DNA of 64,000 nucleotides, taken from the NCBI GenBank assembly GCA_015680685.1, contig MNCI01002984.1, positions 68,221 through 132,220 of the forward strand, read 5' to 3'. A program made the translations under genes and the position numbers. This DNA is from Gnetum montanum. Taxonomy: Eukaryota; Plantae; Gnetophyta. Below are positions 38,728-51,091 of the stretch, one piece after another. Every line of letters starts with the position of its first letter. Position 1 is the first letter of the stretch. The notes below the pieces were generated by a model. It saw only the letters and a list, made by a program, of their open reading frames with translations. It was not told where the DNA came from and searched no databases.

Positions 38728-41700
38728 GGTAGGGCCAAGGTCTAGGCTAATCGTTTTGGACCTTGAAGGGGTCCTATGTCATGTGGGCAGATCTATGGAC
38801 AACGTTCCTCCTCCCCTGATACGTGTGGCAGAGTGAGCAGTTTGGTTCAGGGACGAAGCGTGAGACTTCCTACAATTCCTTCTCAACCATTTTAGTCTCA
38901 TGGTTTGGTCCTCTTTAGATAAAGAGTAGGCATCTAGCATAATAGAGGCCATACTGCCAAGGACAAATTGAAGCATTATAAGATACCTTTCCGACGATGC
39001 GACCACAAGCAAGCCAGGAATAGGATCTAACCCACACTCACTAGGGTTGAGGTGTTTAGCCTGGATCTACGATATGCCAGAATACTAGTGTTATCACCTA
39101 TACAACACACTGTATCTTGTGCGCAACATGGCGACATACTTTTAGAATCCACAGGGGACCGTTCATTGCATTGGCGAGTGAGTTTCGCATTTTTACTTTA
39201 CTTGGTTGCACAACATCAGCCATACTTGGCCGAGTGCTGATAGTATGTGCTTATCACTAGGTTCCATATTGACAATGATGGGGTTCATGACCAGCTAGGT
39301 GAGTTGGCCACAACACAACTAGCCCTACGGGAGTTTGCCTCTGCCAAGAGCCTACGGGCGAGGGTGATTGGTCATTGCGAGGAGGGATACCATTCCTACC
39401 TACGTGCGTTTGCCTCCCTCTACAATCATTGTAGGATGAAGGGTTGGCTGGACAAGGAGTGGAGAGAACCTTTCAAGCAGGTCACGCTTGAAGCGGTCCT
39501 AGCGGCTGAACTCCCGCTATTCCCCTCACCGTATAGACCTGGTGGGTTAACAGGCAGGCATCACATGCTCAAGTTTTTTCACAATTTCTCTTTTTTTTTA
39601 TTATGCTAAGTATGTTTCATGATCATTACTGCAGGAGCGAAGAAGCCTCGTGACGTGACGGTGGTAACTGCCAAGAGGCAAGGAGGAAACATTTACTCTA
39701 AATATGGTGAAGTAGTGGTGAGCCAGAGCTAGTGAGAACGAGGGGCTTCGAACCCCTTGCTCAAGAAAATCTGAATGGTTGGACTTATGGATTTGTTCAT
39801 GGCTACAAATTCGGGTGTCCCTGCTGCTGAGATGCTTTCCTTAGTCAACTCCTTCTCTGGGCAGGCGAGCTATTTTCGTACGTACGTGCGGGGTGTGCGG
39901 GTGGTCATTGACATCAATGACCAACTATTTGCAGATTTGTTTGGCATCCCTGCTAATGGTGTCAATGTGATGTCGAAGGACAAGTAGGAGTTGGCCCTTC
40001 AAAAGTAACATATCGAGGAGTGGTTGAGGCTCACCAAGGAGCGAAAGGGGTTCCCTATGGACAAGCTTAGGGAAGGTCCTGCCATGGGGATATACCCAAT
40101 CTTTTGTGCCCATGCATTCCCTCAATTGCTCATCCAAGGGAAGGTCCTGGGGCTTGAGCAGGCTTGGGTAATGCGGGAAGTCATGGAGGAGGGGGCCCAT
40201 TACAACTAGGCTAAATTCCTATGTAGTGGTTTGCAGGCTGAGATTTTGGGACTCCGTGAGCCAACGGAGTCCCACTCTAACATACACTATGCTTTCTACA
40301 TAGGCTATTTAAAGCACTTCACGGAGTTCCTAGTGGTCTAGTAGGATGGAGTCTGGTCCAAGCTAGATCGTGAACAGATTTCTAAGCCATGGATTCAACA
40401 GGTCCTTTGGACTATGCAAGCCTAGGACCCCCTGAAAATGGTGGGGGAGTCATTGTCTATAACAACTAAAGGTCTAGCAGTTCGTAGTGCTTACGACCAA
40501 GACAGTGTAGGGGAGATGTCCCCTACCATAATCGACAATGTGACACAGGGTAAACATCTCATAGCTGAGACCATGCCCATGGAGCTACGAAGAAAGTGAC
40601 CTCCATTAGCCAGGGAAAGCCTTTATGAAGAGGAGGGGCGAAGACTGCGGTTCAAGTTGTGATGAACGCAACCCCCCATTGGTGAGCGCTACATAATATT
40701 TAGTTTACTTTGCTATTACCTGCTATTTTATGCTTCGTTAGGCAGTGCATTGTAGCGTGGCATTTGTTTTGAGTTAACTTGTTTCGATTTGATGTATGTA
40801 TGTCCTTTTGTGGGCAGAAGAAGAAGAAGACAAAGAAGAAGGTGATGAGGAAGTGTCATCCCTCAGGACGAGGGCAACAAATAAAGATGCAAGGGCCCCG
40901 GCTTTGGAAGAAAGGGCCCCAATCAGGAATAATGGAGCTCCTGTCTCCAGGATAGGGACTCTTGTCATTAGGGAGCCTCTTCCTAATGAAGAGGTACCTC
41001 CCCAAAATAAAAAAGACGTCGCGCTCCTAAAAGGAAAGGCATCAGCGCATGAGGTAGGGGCTTTCATGGACTTGGCTGGGCCTTTTACCAAGCCTATGGT
41101 GATCATCTTGCATCGGCAAGAAGAAAGACTGTAGCCGGATGCTAGTGAGTTAGGCTTTGTTTGTGCCTTACCATAGTCCATTTTGGCCATTGCTAACGTG
41201 CTTAGTCATGTAACAGGTGCTACTACTGATGTCTCAGGACTTCCTCTGCCTCATACTGAGTCATGGGCTGAAGTCCTTAACAAGCTTACGTTTGTTCAGG
41301 GACTTGTCAATGACATGATCAAACGCCTTCAGCAGGCAAACCCTCGTGCAGGTAAGTAGGAGTGTTAACTGCCCTTTTGTTGTTACATTGAAATTTTTTA
41401 GTTTGTTGATTATGTTATGCTAACGTGATTACTATGCTTTCTATGCTGAATAGCCTCTTGGCTTAAGTGGGACCCGGCACAACCTATGGAGGTTAGTGTG
41501 GTACCTGCACTCTCACCTAACGTGATTGAGGTGTCTCATCATATGTTTGATGAGGCTTACAAATGTGTCTTGCACTTGGCATGCTCCCTATGGGAGTGTA
41601 GATGTACCAACAAGTACCTGTGGAAACGGGTCCAAAGGGCCGATCAAAGAGAGGCCGAATTGGTCGTCAAGGTGGAGAAGCTCAGGTCAAGAATCAATTT

Positions 41701-42485
41701 CCTCATAAACCGTAACACTGACTCTATCAATTTACAAAGGGCTATGGACGACTATGCCAAGTTTTGGACTGTCGTTCATCAAAATGTGGAGTCCACCCGT
41801 GAAAGAATCGAACAGTAGATGCAGATGAACTTGCTAGCCCAGAAGTGCCAAGATATGAAGGACATTAGCACTAAGGTCTTCGAATGGGGAAAAACCCAGA
41901 GGGATCACAAATATACATACAAGCTAGAAAACAAAACCCATCGAAGATTGTATAAAGACACTGTTGTGGAGGCATTCTCGTACAAAACGTTCATGAAGGC
42001 CATCGGTGCTTCTAAGGCCTATGCCAGGTTTAAAGAGCAAGTAAAGGTCATGGAGTCTCCTGACCTAAGGGTGAACCTTCCTACAGAAGATACTGCAACC
42101 GCCTCCCTTTCTCGAGAACCTATAAAGTGGACGACCTTGTAAAGGAAGAAGGTTGTCACTGCGAATGTTGAGCTTAGTGACAGGCATTGGATGGACATTT
42201 CTATAGAGGAGATTGGGCATCGCCTCAAGCTCGGTCTAGACCAGATACCTCTTGAGACTGACGTAGGCTCTCCTTAGGTTAGTCGCTTTAATGCTATGCT
42301 ATAGCTAGCGTTTATTTGTTACCCTAGCTAACTATAGTTTTGGAATATAGGCCCTCAATGAAGGTGTGAGGCCCATGGAGGGAGGAAATGAAGAGCCGGT
42401 AAGGGGCAACATAGGAGCGGGCGATGCACAAGTAGGTGAAGAGGGGGCAAATGGTGAAGGCGATGCGAACAGAGATAACCCATGA
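38728..42485 (+). pseudogene. Antisense multi-exon accessory gene of inner Tat (FCP1/NIF-like HAD domain, plant-transposon/PMD-like domain, acidic linker, coiled coil); premature stops
   Basis: Exons about 38728-39177, 39261-39541, 39635-40681, 40818-41144 (end uncertain), 41217-41351, 41454-42277, 42351-42485; GT-AG introns of 70-140 nt, in phase, matched in the copy at 51092-54725. Confidence 0.85.
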
Positions 42486-42806
42486 CAGCATGGGACTCCT
42501 CTCTCTCTTTTTCTTTTTTATTAAAAATTTTGAAAATTTTACAAACACTACCAATGGGAGAAAATTTTGAATGAAATGGAAAACTTTAGAAAGGAGACTG
42601 ATTTTGTATTAACTTATGCCTTATGTAAAGTTTTCACGCTCTCGTATGCTAGTTTTAGGCCATTTCGGGCCATTGCTAGTTTTGGGCCATTTTGGGTCGT
42701 TAGTGTAGCATGTTGAAAGGACGGCATATTGACAAGACAAGGAAATGATGAATATGCAAGGATAGCGACTAGGTGGGAGGTCGCAAAGCTGCTATGCTAT
42801 GCGTAG

Positions 42807-45800
42807 CTACCTCTTGACCTTTCGCGGGTTGATCAGGACATAAGGTCGAGGTGTTTCGCCTGGGCCCCTACTCATAACACTGTCCTTTGCTTGCAAGGGA
42901 AATTCACACCATGCGTTTTCGATTTGAGGGTTAGCTCGTTGGACCAATCCCTCCGTTGTATGATTAATGCATGCATGAGCAGGTGCGTCATCTTCAAAGG
43001 TTGTAACTTCTGAACCCTGTTCCATGCCTATGTTGCTAATTGCTTGTGTTACTACCTCGTCGCCATGGATTATCACCTCCTTACCCATGTATGGTAAGTG
43101 CATTTCCTGGTGTATAGGTGAGGAGACAGCCCTAAGTTGTGCTAACCACGATCTTCCCAAGATTAGGTTAAACTCGGGCATTTCTTCAACCATGACGAAT
43201 GTTGCGTCTATGGGGAACTGGTCCCTTGCTACGAAGTTTACATGAACTGTGCCCTTCACCAAGATGCATGCCCCGTTGAAGGACCACAAACACGACATCG
43301 TCGTTGGTTTAATCTGGTTGACCAATCCCAACTTATCTATAATAGGGAAGGAAATGAAATTTGTGGCAGCCCCATCATCGATGTGTATCCTTCAGATCCG
43401 GTCTTGGCTGACCCGAATTGTGATGAAGAGAGGCATTGTAGTCACTTGACCCCCTTCGGGATCTTCCTTAATGGTGTTTGAAACACCACAAAAATTTGGA
43501 CCTTGCACTTTCAGACATGAATCAACCTAAGTCATGATGCTTCCCAGCATAACCGAAATTGGCAAACTTCACAAACAGCATCGAATGGAGTCGAATCAAA
43601 CAAGTAAAAGTTCCCCAAGATCCACTAGTGACTACATCAACATCTGGAAACAAGAAGTGCAAGTTTCAAACTCAAAACACTAAGTTTTGACTAAGTATAC
43701 TTCTTGCACACAAGCCTGCATGCCCAACATGCAGCTCAACATGCAGCAACTTTGGGCCCTAAAAATGAGCCAAAACATGCTAGAATTGAGTGTTTGGACC
43801 CCCTAGAACCTTCACCAAGGTCCCCAGCAGCTCTCAGCCTCCTAAAAATCAAATTTTGGACCCTAAATGATGCATTTTCATGTGTGTATGCTGGGTACAT
43901 TTTGGTGTACGTTGACCAGCGTACGCCACCAAAAATGGCCCAAAACAGGCATCAAAGAGCAATATTTTCACCTGAAATTGACTCCTAGAGGTAAGGCAAT
44001 TGTCAAGCATCGTCCTAGGCTCCCGAAAATGAAGATTCAACCTTGAAATGATGCACTTCCATGACCTATACGCTGAGCATGCATACCCTGCACGCCCAGT
44101 GTGTACCACCAAAAGCGAGGTTGATCAGACGATTCAGCCAACCTGCACGTTGATCTGCACATCCAGCGTGCATGCTCAGTGTGCAACATAGCGTATGCCA
44201 CTTGAAGCCTTCCAAAATAGTATTAGATCAAGTCCAAATGAGTTGAAAATCTATAGGCAGCATTCTCATGATACCAAAGTTCAAATCCAAGGGCCAAGTT
44301 CAAGATTCTCTATTGTAACAGTAATGTTCATTTGTAAAGTTCAATTCTTTTGTATTGGTCAAGTCTGTATGCTGGGTTCACATGCCCAGTGTGTACACGC
44401 TAGCATAGAGCATGTTGTATAGTTGTAATATTCTTTGCACTCGAGCAATGTAGGCACATGTCATCCAACTCAAAATTTTCTCACCAATGGCCACTCATAC
44501 CACTCCAAATCCAAGTTTCACACCCTAAAACCTATAAAAATCCCAATTTCCCACCAAGTAAAGAGGGGGAGAAAACAAAGAAAAAAGGGAAAAAAGAAAG
44601 GGAGAGATAAAAAAATATCACATTTTGGAGATGATTTGGAACACCAACCCTGCATGCTGGACTTCTACCCTGCACGCTGACCATATAGCCTTCACGCTGT
44701 GCCTGCAGTCCAAACCAACATACCATCATCCCTCCACATTCACCAAGGCTCTTCGTCCTCCTTGTGTCAGATCCACAATTGTGTTCAGACCGGTGCACTG
44801 TAATCTTCATTATGCAATAAAATTGCTTCATTTCTGATCAAGATCTATTACAGTTTTCATTCATTCTTACTTACCTCTTTGTTTATATTCCTGCACATTT
44901 ACGTTTTGGTTTACGTTTATTATGTTGTTTACACATAATCCAGCATATGGCACATTAGCATACGTTTAGCGAAATCCTTGTTTGATCCACGTGCGGACCA
45001 CCCAAGGTACTCTACCTTCGTTAGTTCCAGCTCGTCCTCAAGCGAAGGTAGAGTCTTCTGTGCTTGTCTATAGATCTCCCGGTGCTTGTTCATTCTAGCC
45101 TTGTACCGACGATTTCAGACAGTACAGTGTTGCTATTTAAAGTTAATTGAGGTACTGCGGGCACTGTGGGTATAGAGGGGAGTATGACCGAGTGGATCAC
45201 TTTCTCTTTTTTTGGCATGTTTTCGTCGACCGAAATCGCCGTTAACATGTGGACTAGAGCCTCGCAATGAGGTACAGATGTCATGACCAGGTCATACAAG
45301 CTCAACGTAGCATTTTTCTACCTTAGGGCTTGCCCAACCTAGGTGAGGGTGTCTAAGAAGTTTTGGCTACCCGCCTGTTTGACACTTTCCTTCTCCTCGA
45401 TTTGTCCTAGAAGACGAATCTCTCGAGGAGAGACGGCCTCAAACCTAGTTTTGGATCTTTGTCGGCAAGGTGATGTAGGTTGTGTAATCGAGTCAACCTT
45501 CATCTTTGGTGATGAAGGTGTAAATACAAGGGGCGAAGGCGTAGGCTTGGAGATAATTTTGATAGTATTCCCCTTTGACACCTCGCCCACCAAGTAGGCT
45601 TCTCGCCTGGTGGGGCGAGGAGGTTGTTTAATGTTGTTGTACGGGATGGGGGCTATTGAAGATGTTGGTCCCCTGATGATGAATGGAGCTAGAGGTGGTG
45701 ACTGACGAGGTCACGTGGCCTCACCAACAGGTGGTGTAGAAGTAGATGCCCATGGTGGGACTTTCAAGATGAAGGGCAGCTGCGAACTTGGACCAACCAT

Positions 45801-48266
45801 TGGTGGTATTGGTGCACTACGCTGAGGCACACGAATCACAAACAGCTGGAAAGGTGGCATGGAATCATTGTCAATACCGATGGCATTGATTACGTAACCA
45901 GCATTATTGGCATTGAGGGGGTCTATGTAGACATACATAGATTGATTTTCAGGGTGTACTGGGTTACTTTCATCCAGCATCAACTTTCCTAGGTCGATTA
46001 ATCTTTGGATGTCATCCTGTAACAATAGACAATAATCCCTGGTGTGACCACATAGTTGGTGGTAGTCACAAAACCTATCTAGCCTGAAACCCCTAGGAAA
46101 CGGGGACTCATTGGGCAAGGCCAAAGAGGGATTCCTAAGGAGCTCGCAGTAGCATCAATGTCTCATGTTTGCTTCCTCTGACATTTGCTTGTGTTGGATG
46201 TATCCCACTGCCAATAGTTGCTTCATGAGTTCTGAAGGTTTGAGAGGCAATGGGGTGTATTTCGAATGATCTTTACCCTCAAAGTTGGGTTTAGTGTATG
46301 CAGATGTCTCGGGTGTAGGTGCGGCAGGTTGTGATGCTTGGCCTGATTTGGGTGTAGAGTCAGCCGTAGGAATGGATGGTTTCTTATTATTCTTTCTTCT
46401 GCTATTGCTATGTTTGGGCTTGGCCTCAGCTGCCACAGTAGCCACCATGGTTGTTGGGGCCTTACCCTTGTCCTTTTTTGCGAAACTGTTCTTGTAAGTG
46501 ATGTAGGCTAGGTCTTTGCTCGCCTCGACCGTGTCTTGTATGTTTTTCGTCTAAGCGAAAGCTTGGCTAAGTGAGCATGGAGCGAGGTAATACAGTTTGG
46601 ACTTGATGAATTCATTCACCACACCCTTAAAGATGGCTAACAAGTGAGCCTCCAGGATGGGCTCACGGATTTCGTTAAGTGTCGCGCTCCAACGTTGAAT
46701 GAATTTTTGGACTAGTTCTAATGGGTCTTGTTTCACGCCCATTAGCTGATCCAATGTGGTTTTTGGCTTCAAGTTATATTTGAAGCGTGTCACAAGCTGG
46801 GTCAAAAGTTCTTTCAAAGTCAAAATGGATGAACGTGGCAATGTGCAGTACCAATCTAGGGCTTTTTCGACTAGGGACATGGCGAAGACACGAATGATCG
46901 TATGCAGCCACTGTTGTAATAGCAAAGACTCTGACTGGAAAGTGAGGAGATGGGTATTGGGATTCCCTTCCTTGTCATACTTCGTGAAGTGCGGGAGGGA
47001 CATCCCAGGTGGCAATATTAAAGCAGGGATTGCAACGTTGACGGGGTCATCCTGATAGAAGTCCATGACTTGTACTGTATTGGACCCAATAGCTTTGAGG
47101 TGTTTTACTTTCTCAATTAGGGTCTGGATAAGCTAAAATGCTTGGTCTAGACCCAGTGACGTTGTAGATGGCTAAGGGACTGCAGAGGCAACTCCCACAT
47201 GTGGTATGGTGGTGGTGGCAATTTGACCCATCGGGGGTGCCGTTGGGACCACCCTCGCTAAAGGTGTTGTTTGCATTGTCCACCACTTGGTGGGTGGTAT
47301 TGTTGGAGTGATAATAGCGGGTTGAGTCACCAAATAGGTCGTTTGGATTACCGATGGGATAGACCATGGCCCCATGCCAAGATGTACCGTTTGCGGGGTC
47401 GGGTAGGCCTGAGGGTGAACATAGTGAGACATCTACGATGGTTGCAGAATGAACGAAGAAGCGAACGGGGTCCACCACGTGGATGGGCCTGGGCCCATCA
47501 CAGTGGATGAAACATATACATAGATAGGAATTAGTGTAGGAGTTATGTGTGGTTGCAAAGTAGGTACTGTATGGATATGCTGTAGGGTAGCCGTGATAGG
47601 CATGTTGTGCACTGTGGGAGCATGCTGATAAACGGCTTGCAGCTGCATAGTTGCTGCGGGGGCAACCGGGGAATGGGAGTGATGATGCACTGGGAATGTA
47701 GCATGGCTATCCATTGCAATTATGGTTGTAGGCTGTTGAAGCATAGGCATAATGATAAAGGGGCTAGTGATAGATAGCAGGTTGGCCCAGAAGGACTGGG
47801 TAGGCAGGATAGGAATGGGGTTGGCTTGACCTCCCTCGTCAGATTGGGAATCGAGTTCCTCTTGCCTGTCTTGAAAGACATCATCCTGGTTGGATGTTGT
47901 GTCTTATTGCTCCCTAATCCTAGTCAACTAGATTAGTTGATCTAGAAGCCTTTGGTAAGCTTACGTTAAAGGTAAAGAAATGCCCAAGGTAGGAACGAAT
48001 TCCTCCCTGTTGCAGTAAGTGAGCTCAAAGTTACATTTTTCTTCGAGTTCATGTAAATCCAAGGGCATATTAGCCTGCACCTTTGCACAAAGGAAATTGT
48101 AATGCTCGTGTTACTGGGCCAATTCCTTAGGTCCTCGATTTTGGATTCTAAGAGACCAGCATGCTTCCTGCATTGGATTCAGCTGTTGTTCAGCACTAGT
48201 AGTACCTTGGACCACAAAGGGCACCTCCGTGTTGAAGGTGTCCATAGCGGTGGTGGCGGAAGCCAT
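42807..48266 (-). pseudogene. gag-protease of inner Tat, interrupted by a solo LTR
   Basis: P/Q/T/H-rich N-terminus, KYDKEGNPNTHL..VFAMSLVEKALDWY (retrotrans gag), CDYHQLCGHTRDYC, protease IDDGAATN..FNLILGRSWL. Confidence 0.92.
43479..45126 (+). mobile_element. Solo LTR of a related Tat family in opposite orientation, TSD GTGTT
   Basis: TGAAACACC..CAGTACA termini; GTGTT at 43474-43478 and 45127-45131; host gag-PR sequence rejoins across it. Confidence 0.92.
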
Positions 48267-48344
48267 TTCTAAGCAATTGATTATGCAAAAAAATGCAAAA
48301 AGTGCAATAGAACAGAAGGATTGAAAAAAGTGATAAAAGGATGG

Positions 48345-49190
48345 TTTTGTGTCTTACCGGATTCTAGGGGAATCGTCGGGGCGACCAATCTATACCACAG
48401 AAAGCGTAAACAACCACAAAGGGTGTCATGTCTATGCCTATGCGTGATGAGGTACAGAGCACATGCAAGACTACCGTAAGGCAAGTTCAGTTGACAAACG
48501 ATCAAGAAGGCTTTATGTCCCGCAGGATCCCAAAGGGACCATTGAGGTGACTGACCTACATCACACAAGGCGTAAACAACCTCCGAGGGTGTCACATTTT
48601 CACCTACGCTGTCTAGGGTGCAGAACGTGTGCAGGACTTCTGTAAAAAGGAAAAGCAAGTTACATCACCGTCAGAAGGCTTATTGTCTCATAGGGTTCTG
48701 GAGGAACCGTCGAGGTGACCAATCTACACCATACGATGCATAAACAACCATAGATGGGTATCAAGTCTATGCTAATGCAAGCTGAGGTGTGGAAGGCATA
48801 CGAGACTACCATAAGATCCTAGAGGGACCATCGAGGTGACCGGTTTGTACCACACTAGATGGGGTACAGAATGCAGGAAAGACAACCGTAGGATGGGCAA
48901 GCTAGCTAGCAATCAGGTAGGCTTTATGTCTCACAAGATCCCAAAGGGACCGTCGAGGCGATTGATCTGTACCACACAGGATGGGGTTTAGAATGCATGC
49001 AATACAACCATAGAATGAGCTAGTTAAAATGGTGATCAGAGGCCTTGTGTTCCGTAGGGTTCCGGAGGAACTGTCGAGGCGACCGATCTGCACCACATAG
49101 AGTGCAAACAACTGTAAGAGGGTGTCACATTTATGCTTGTGTGTATTAGGGTGTAGAAGGCTCACAGAACTACCATGACATGCAGTAAAG
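48345..49190. repeat. About 6 degenerate tandem units (120-175 bp) in the 5' leader of inner Tat
   Basis: Core GG(A/G)ACCGTCGAGG(C/T)GACC.ATCT..ACCAC recurs about 48370, 48535, 48700, 48825, 48945, 49065; single copy in the outer element at about 59385-59510. Confidence 0.85.
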
Positions 49191-49199
49191 GCACCAAAA

Positions 49200-49218
49200 G
49201 GCCCTCCTTCTAGCACCA
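49200..49218 (-). promoter_or_regulatory. PBS of inner Tat element
   Basis: TGGTGCTAGAAGGAGGGC next to the LTR end; identical core at 59522-59539. Confidence 0.85.
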
Positions 49219-49224
49219 GAAAAT

Positions 49225-50976
49225 TGTAGCGACTGAAAATGTCGACCGCTGGAAGAACGCTGGGGGTCAGCGGACGCGACAGTTCCAACCCTGTATCCGT
49301 GGGAGGGCAGTGCTGGGTGTGTACGAATACAGGGTGCCCTGAACGGTCTGGTCGATTAGGTAGGGACTTATGTCGACATCAATATAGCCTTTTGCAACAT
49401 AAATAATGCGAAATGCGAGATAGTGCTTATGGGTAACTAAAGTAGGAGAGAAACTGTAAAAGTGCAACAGTAATACGAAATAATGCTTAAATATGAACAA
49501 AATAGAAAATAATGCAAAGAAACAAAACAGCAAATGGGGGATAAAGTAGAGTATAGTTAGAAACATGCATTGCTCCAAAGCTACAAACTTGTCTGGTCAG
49601 GATGGATATAATTGGCTGCACAATGTGATAGAGTGCAGAAGTCCCGAGAGCAACCAAGGCACACCAAGAAAAGAAAGAGCTATGCGCTTGGACACGGACT
49701 TCATGTACAAACAATGGGGGGCTCTACCAAGGTGGTAGAACAAAGATGGGGATCTTACACCAGCTAAAAGAGACTTTCTATTTCCAGTGTTAGACAGATA
49801 ACTTTCATTATTACAATGCCAGCCAAAGAGGAAATCTTTGTTTCATAATTTCAAAGTTCCCACTACTTGGAAGCTGTTTGCTCCTAGAAAGATGCGAAAT
49901 CTTTTGAAATTGCCAACTTTACAAATTGTTGACTTTTCTAAATTGCTGGTATTTTTTTAGTAAAACATTCTAGGCCTGTTATATGCTATTTTTCGGGATA
50001 TTTATAGGGCTGAAGGTAAGAAAAAAGGGGCAATTTTAGTGCTACGTGCCACACGCTTGTGTTATCTTACTGCTGCTACTCGAGCCATCTGTGATCGCTG
50101 GAATTACAAGACCATTGCGATGCGAACCTACCATGCAATAACTACAATCCTACCATGCCATAATTATGCCGTCAGTGTCTGGAGACGTGTGCCAATGGTC
50201 TGATTAGGTGGAGTGCATTGATGTCATGCAACCACCTCTTTACCTTGCTATGCTTTGTGACGTAGCATGCTCGGCATAGTGTAGCACCTTGTCACACGTT
50301 CTGCTGTCTGTTACATGCCTGCTACGCTATGCTACACTACGTAGCGTAGAGTAGCATAGCAACTTGCCTTAGTCGTGAGAGTTTTACCGATTTGCAAACC
50401 ATTCTCCCACGATGCAAGTTTTGTGAACTTTGTTGACTTCACCTTTCAAACTACCTTTTGTCTCTTCCATAGGATTGCTACGCCTTGCTGCACCATGTAG
50501 CTTAGCATAGCGTAGTAGTAGACATAGTTTGCCACTTCCTGACGAAAAAGGACATCACTGTAGAACTCGAAATTGGGCAAGGGGAGTGGGTAGTAAAGTC
50601 GTTGTCATGCTACGTTATGTGACATCGCGTAGTGTAGCACTTCATTTCGTCATCATCTTCTGAAGCTTGCTACGCTACATAGTGTAGCATAGTGTAGCAG
50701 GCCTCATGACTTAGAAAACTTGCTGAACTGTTTCTTGCACATCTAGGATGCTACCACCGATTCTACACGATGTTCCTGAGCAGGCTGTCGGCTATTTAGG
50801 CTACTTTGATGGGCAGGCAAGATGGTACAGAACTTGTCCATGCTCAAAGTAGAAATTTTTTTGAATTGGCAGACCTGGACTCAGAACGTTCTTCTCCCGA
50901 TGAACTTCCATTGTGCTGTGTGGACTACAAGATCCTGGTGAGGCCAGGATGACCCTACATTTTTTAGGGTGTTTCA
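49225..50976 (-). repeat. 5' LTR of inner Tat element (about 1.75 kb)
   Basis: TGAAACACC..GCTACA termini on minus; adjacent PBS; TATA CCCTATAAATA about 49999-50009. Confidence 0.92.
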
Positions 50977-51091
50977 CTGGGGACTTAACATTTTGTGCCT
51001 AAGGGAAAATTTTTAAGTGGAGGGTCACACTACACTACATCAGTAATCATCACTTGAACACAGTACTAACATTTGGTGCTTTGTCATGCAG

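Larger units (their letters stand above)
32165..50976 (-). mobile_element. Second (inner) Tat-clade element nested in the outer one; 3' LTR truncated
   Basis: 5' LTR 49225-50976, PBS 49200-49218, gag-PR-spacer-RT-RH-aRH-INT, PPT 32475-32487, 310-bp LTR remnant 32165-32474 matching 50657-50976. Confidence 0.93.

Noticed and set aside
38728-42485. Antisense gene as an ordinary host gene or a one-off captured fragment
   Set aside because: It occupies the same internal position in two diverged elements, the outer of which is bounded by LTRs and a TSD
43704-44837. Several 70-100 aa ORFs
   Set aside because: They lie within a TSD-bounded solo LTR and have no recognisable domains
50975-50986. CACTGGGGAC resembling an Ogre PBS core
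   Set aside because: Formed by the LTR terminus plus target sequence, at the wrong LTR end and orientation
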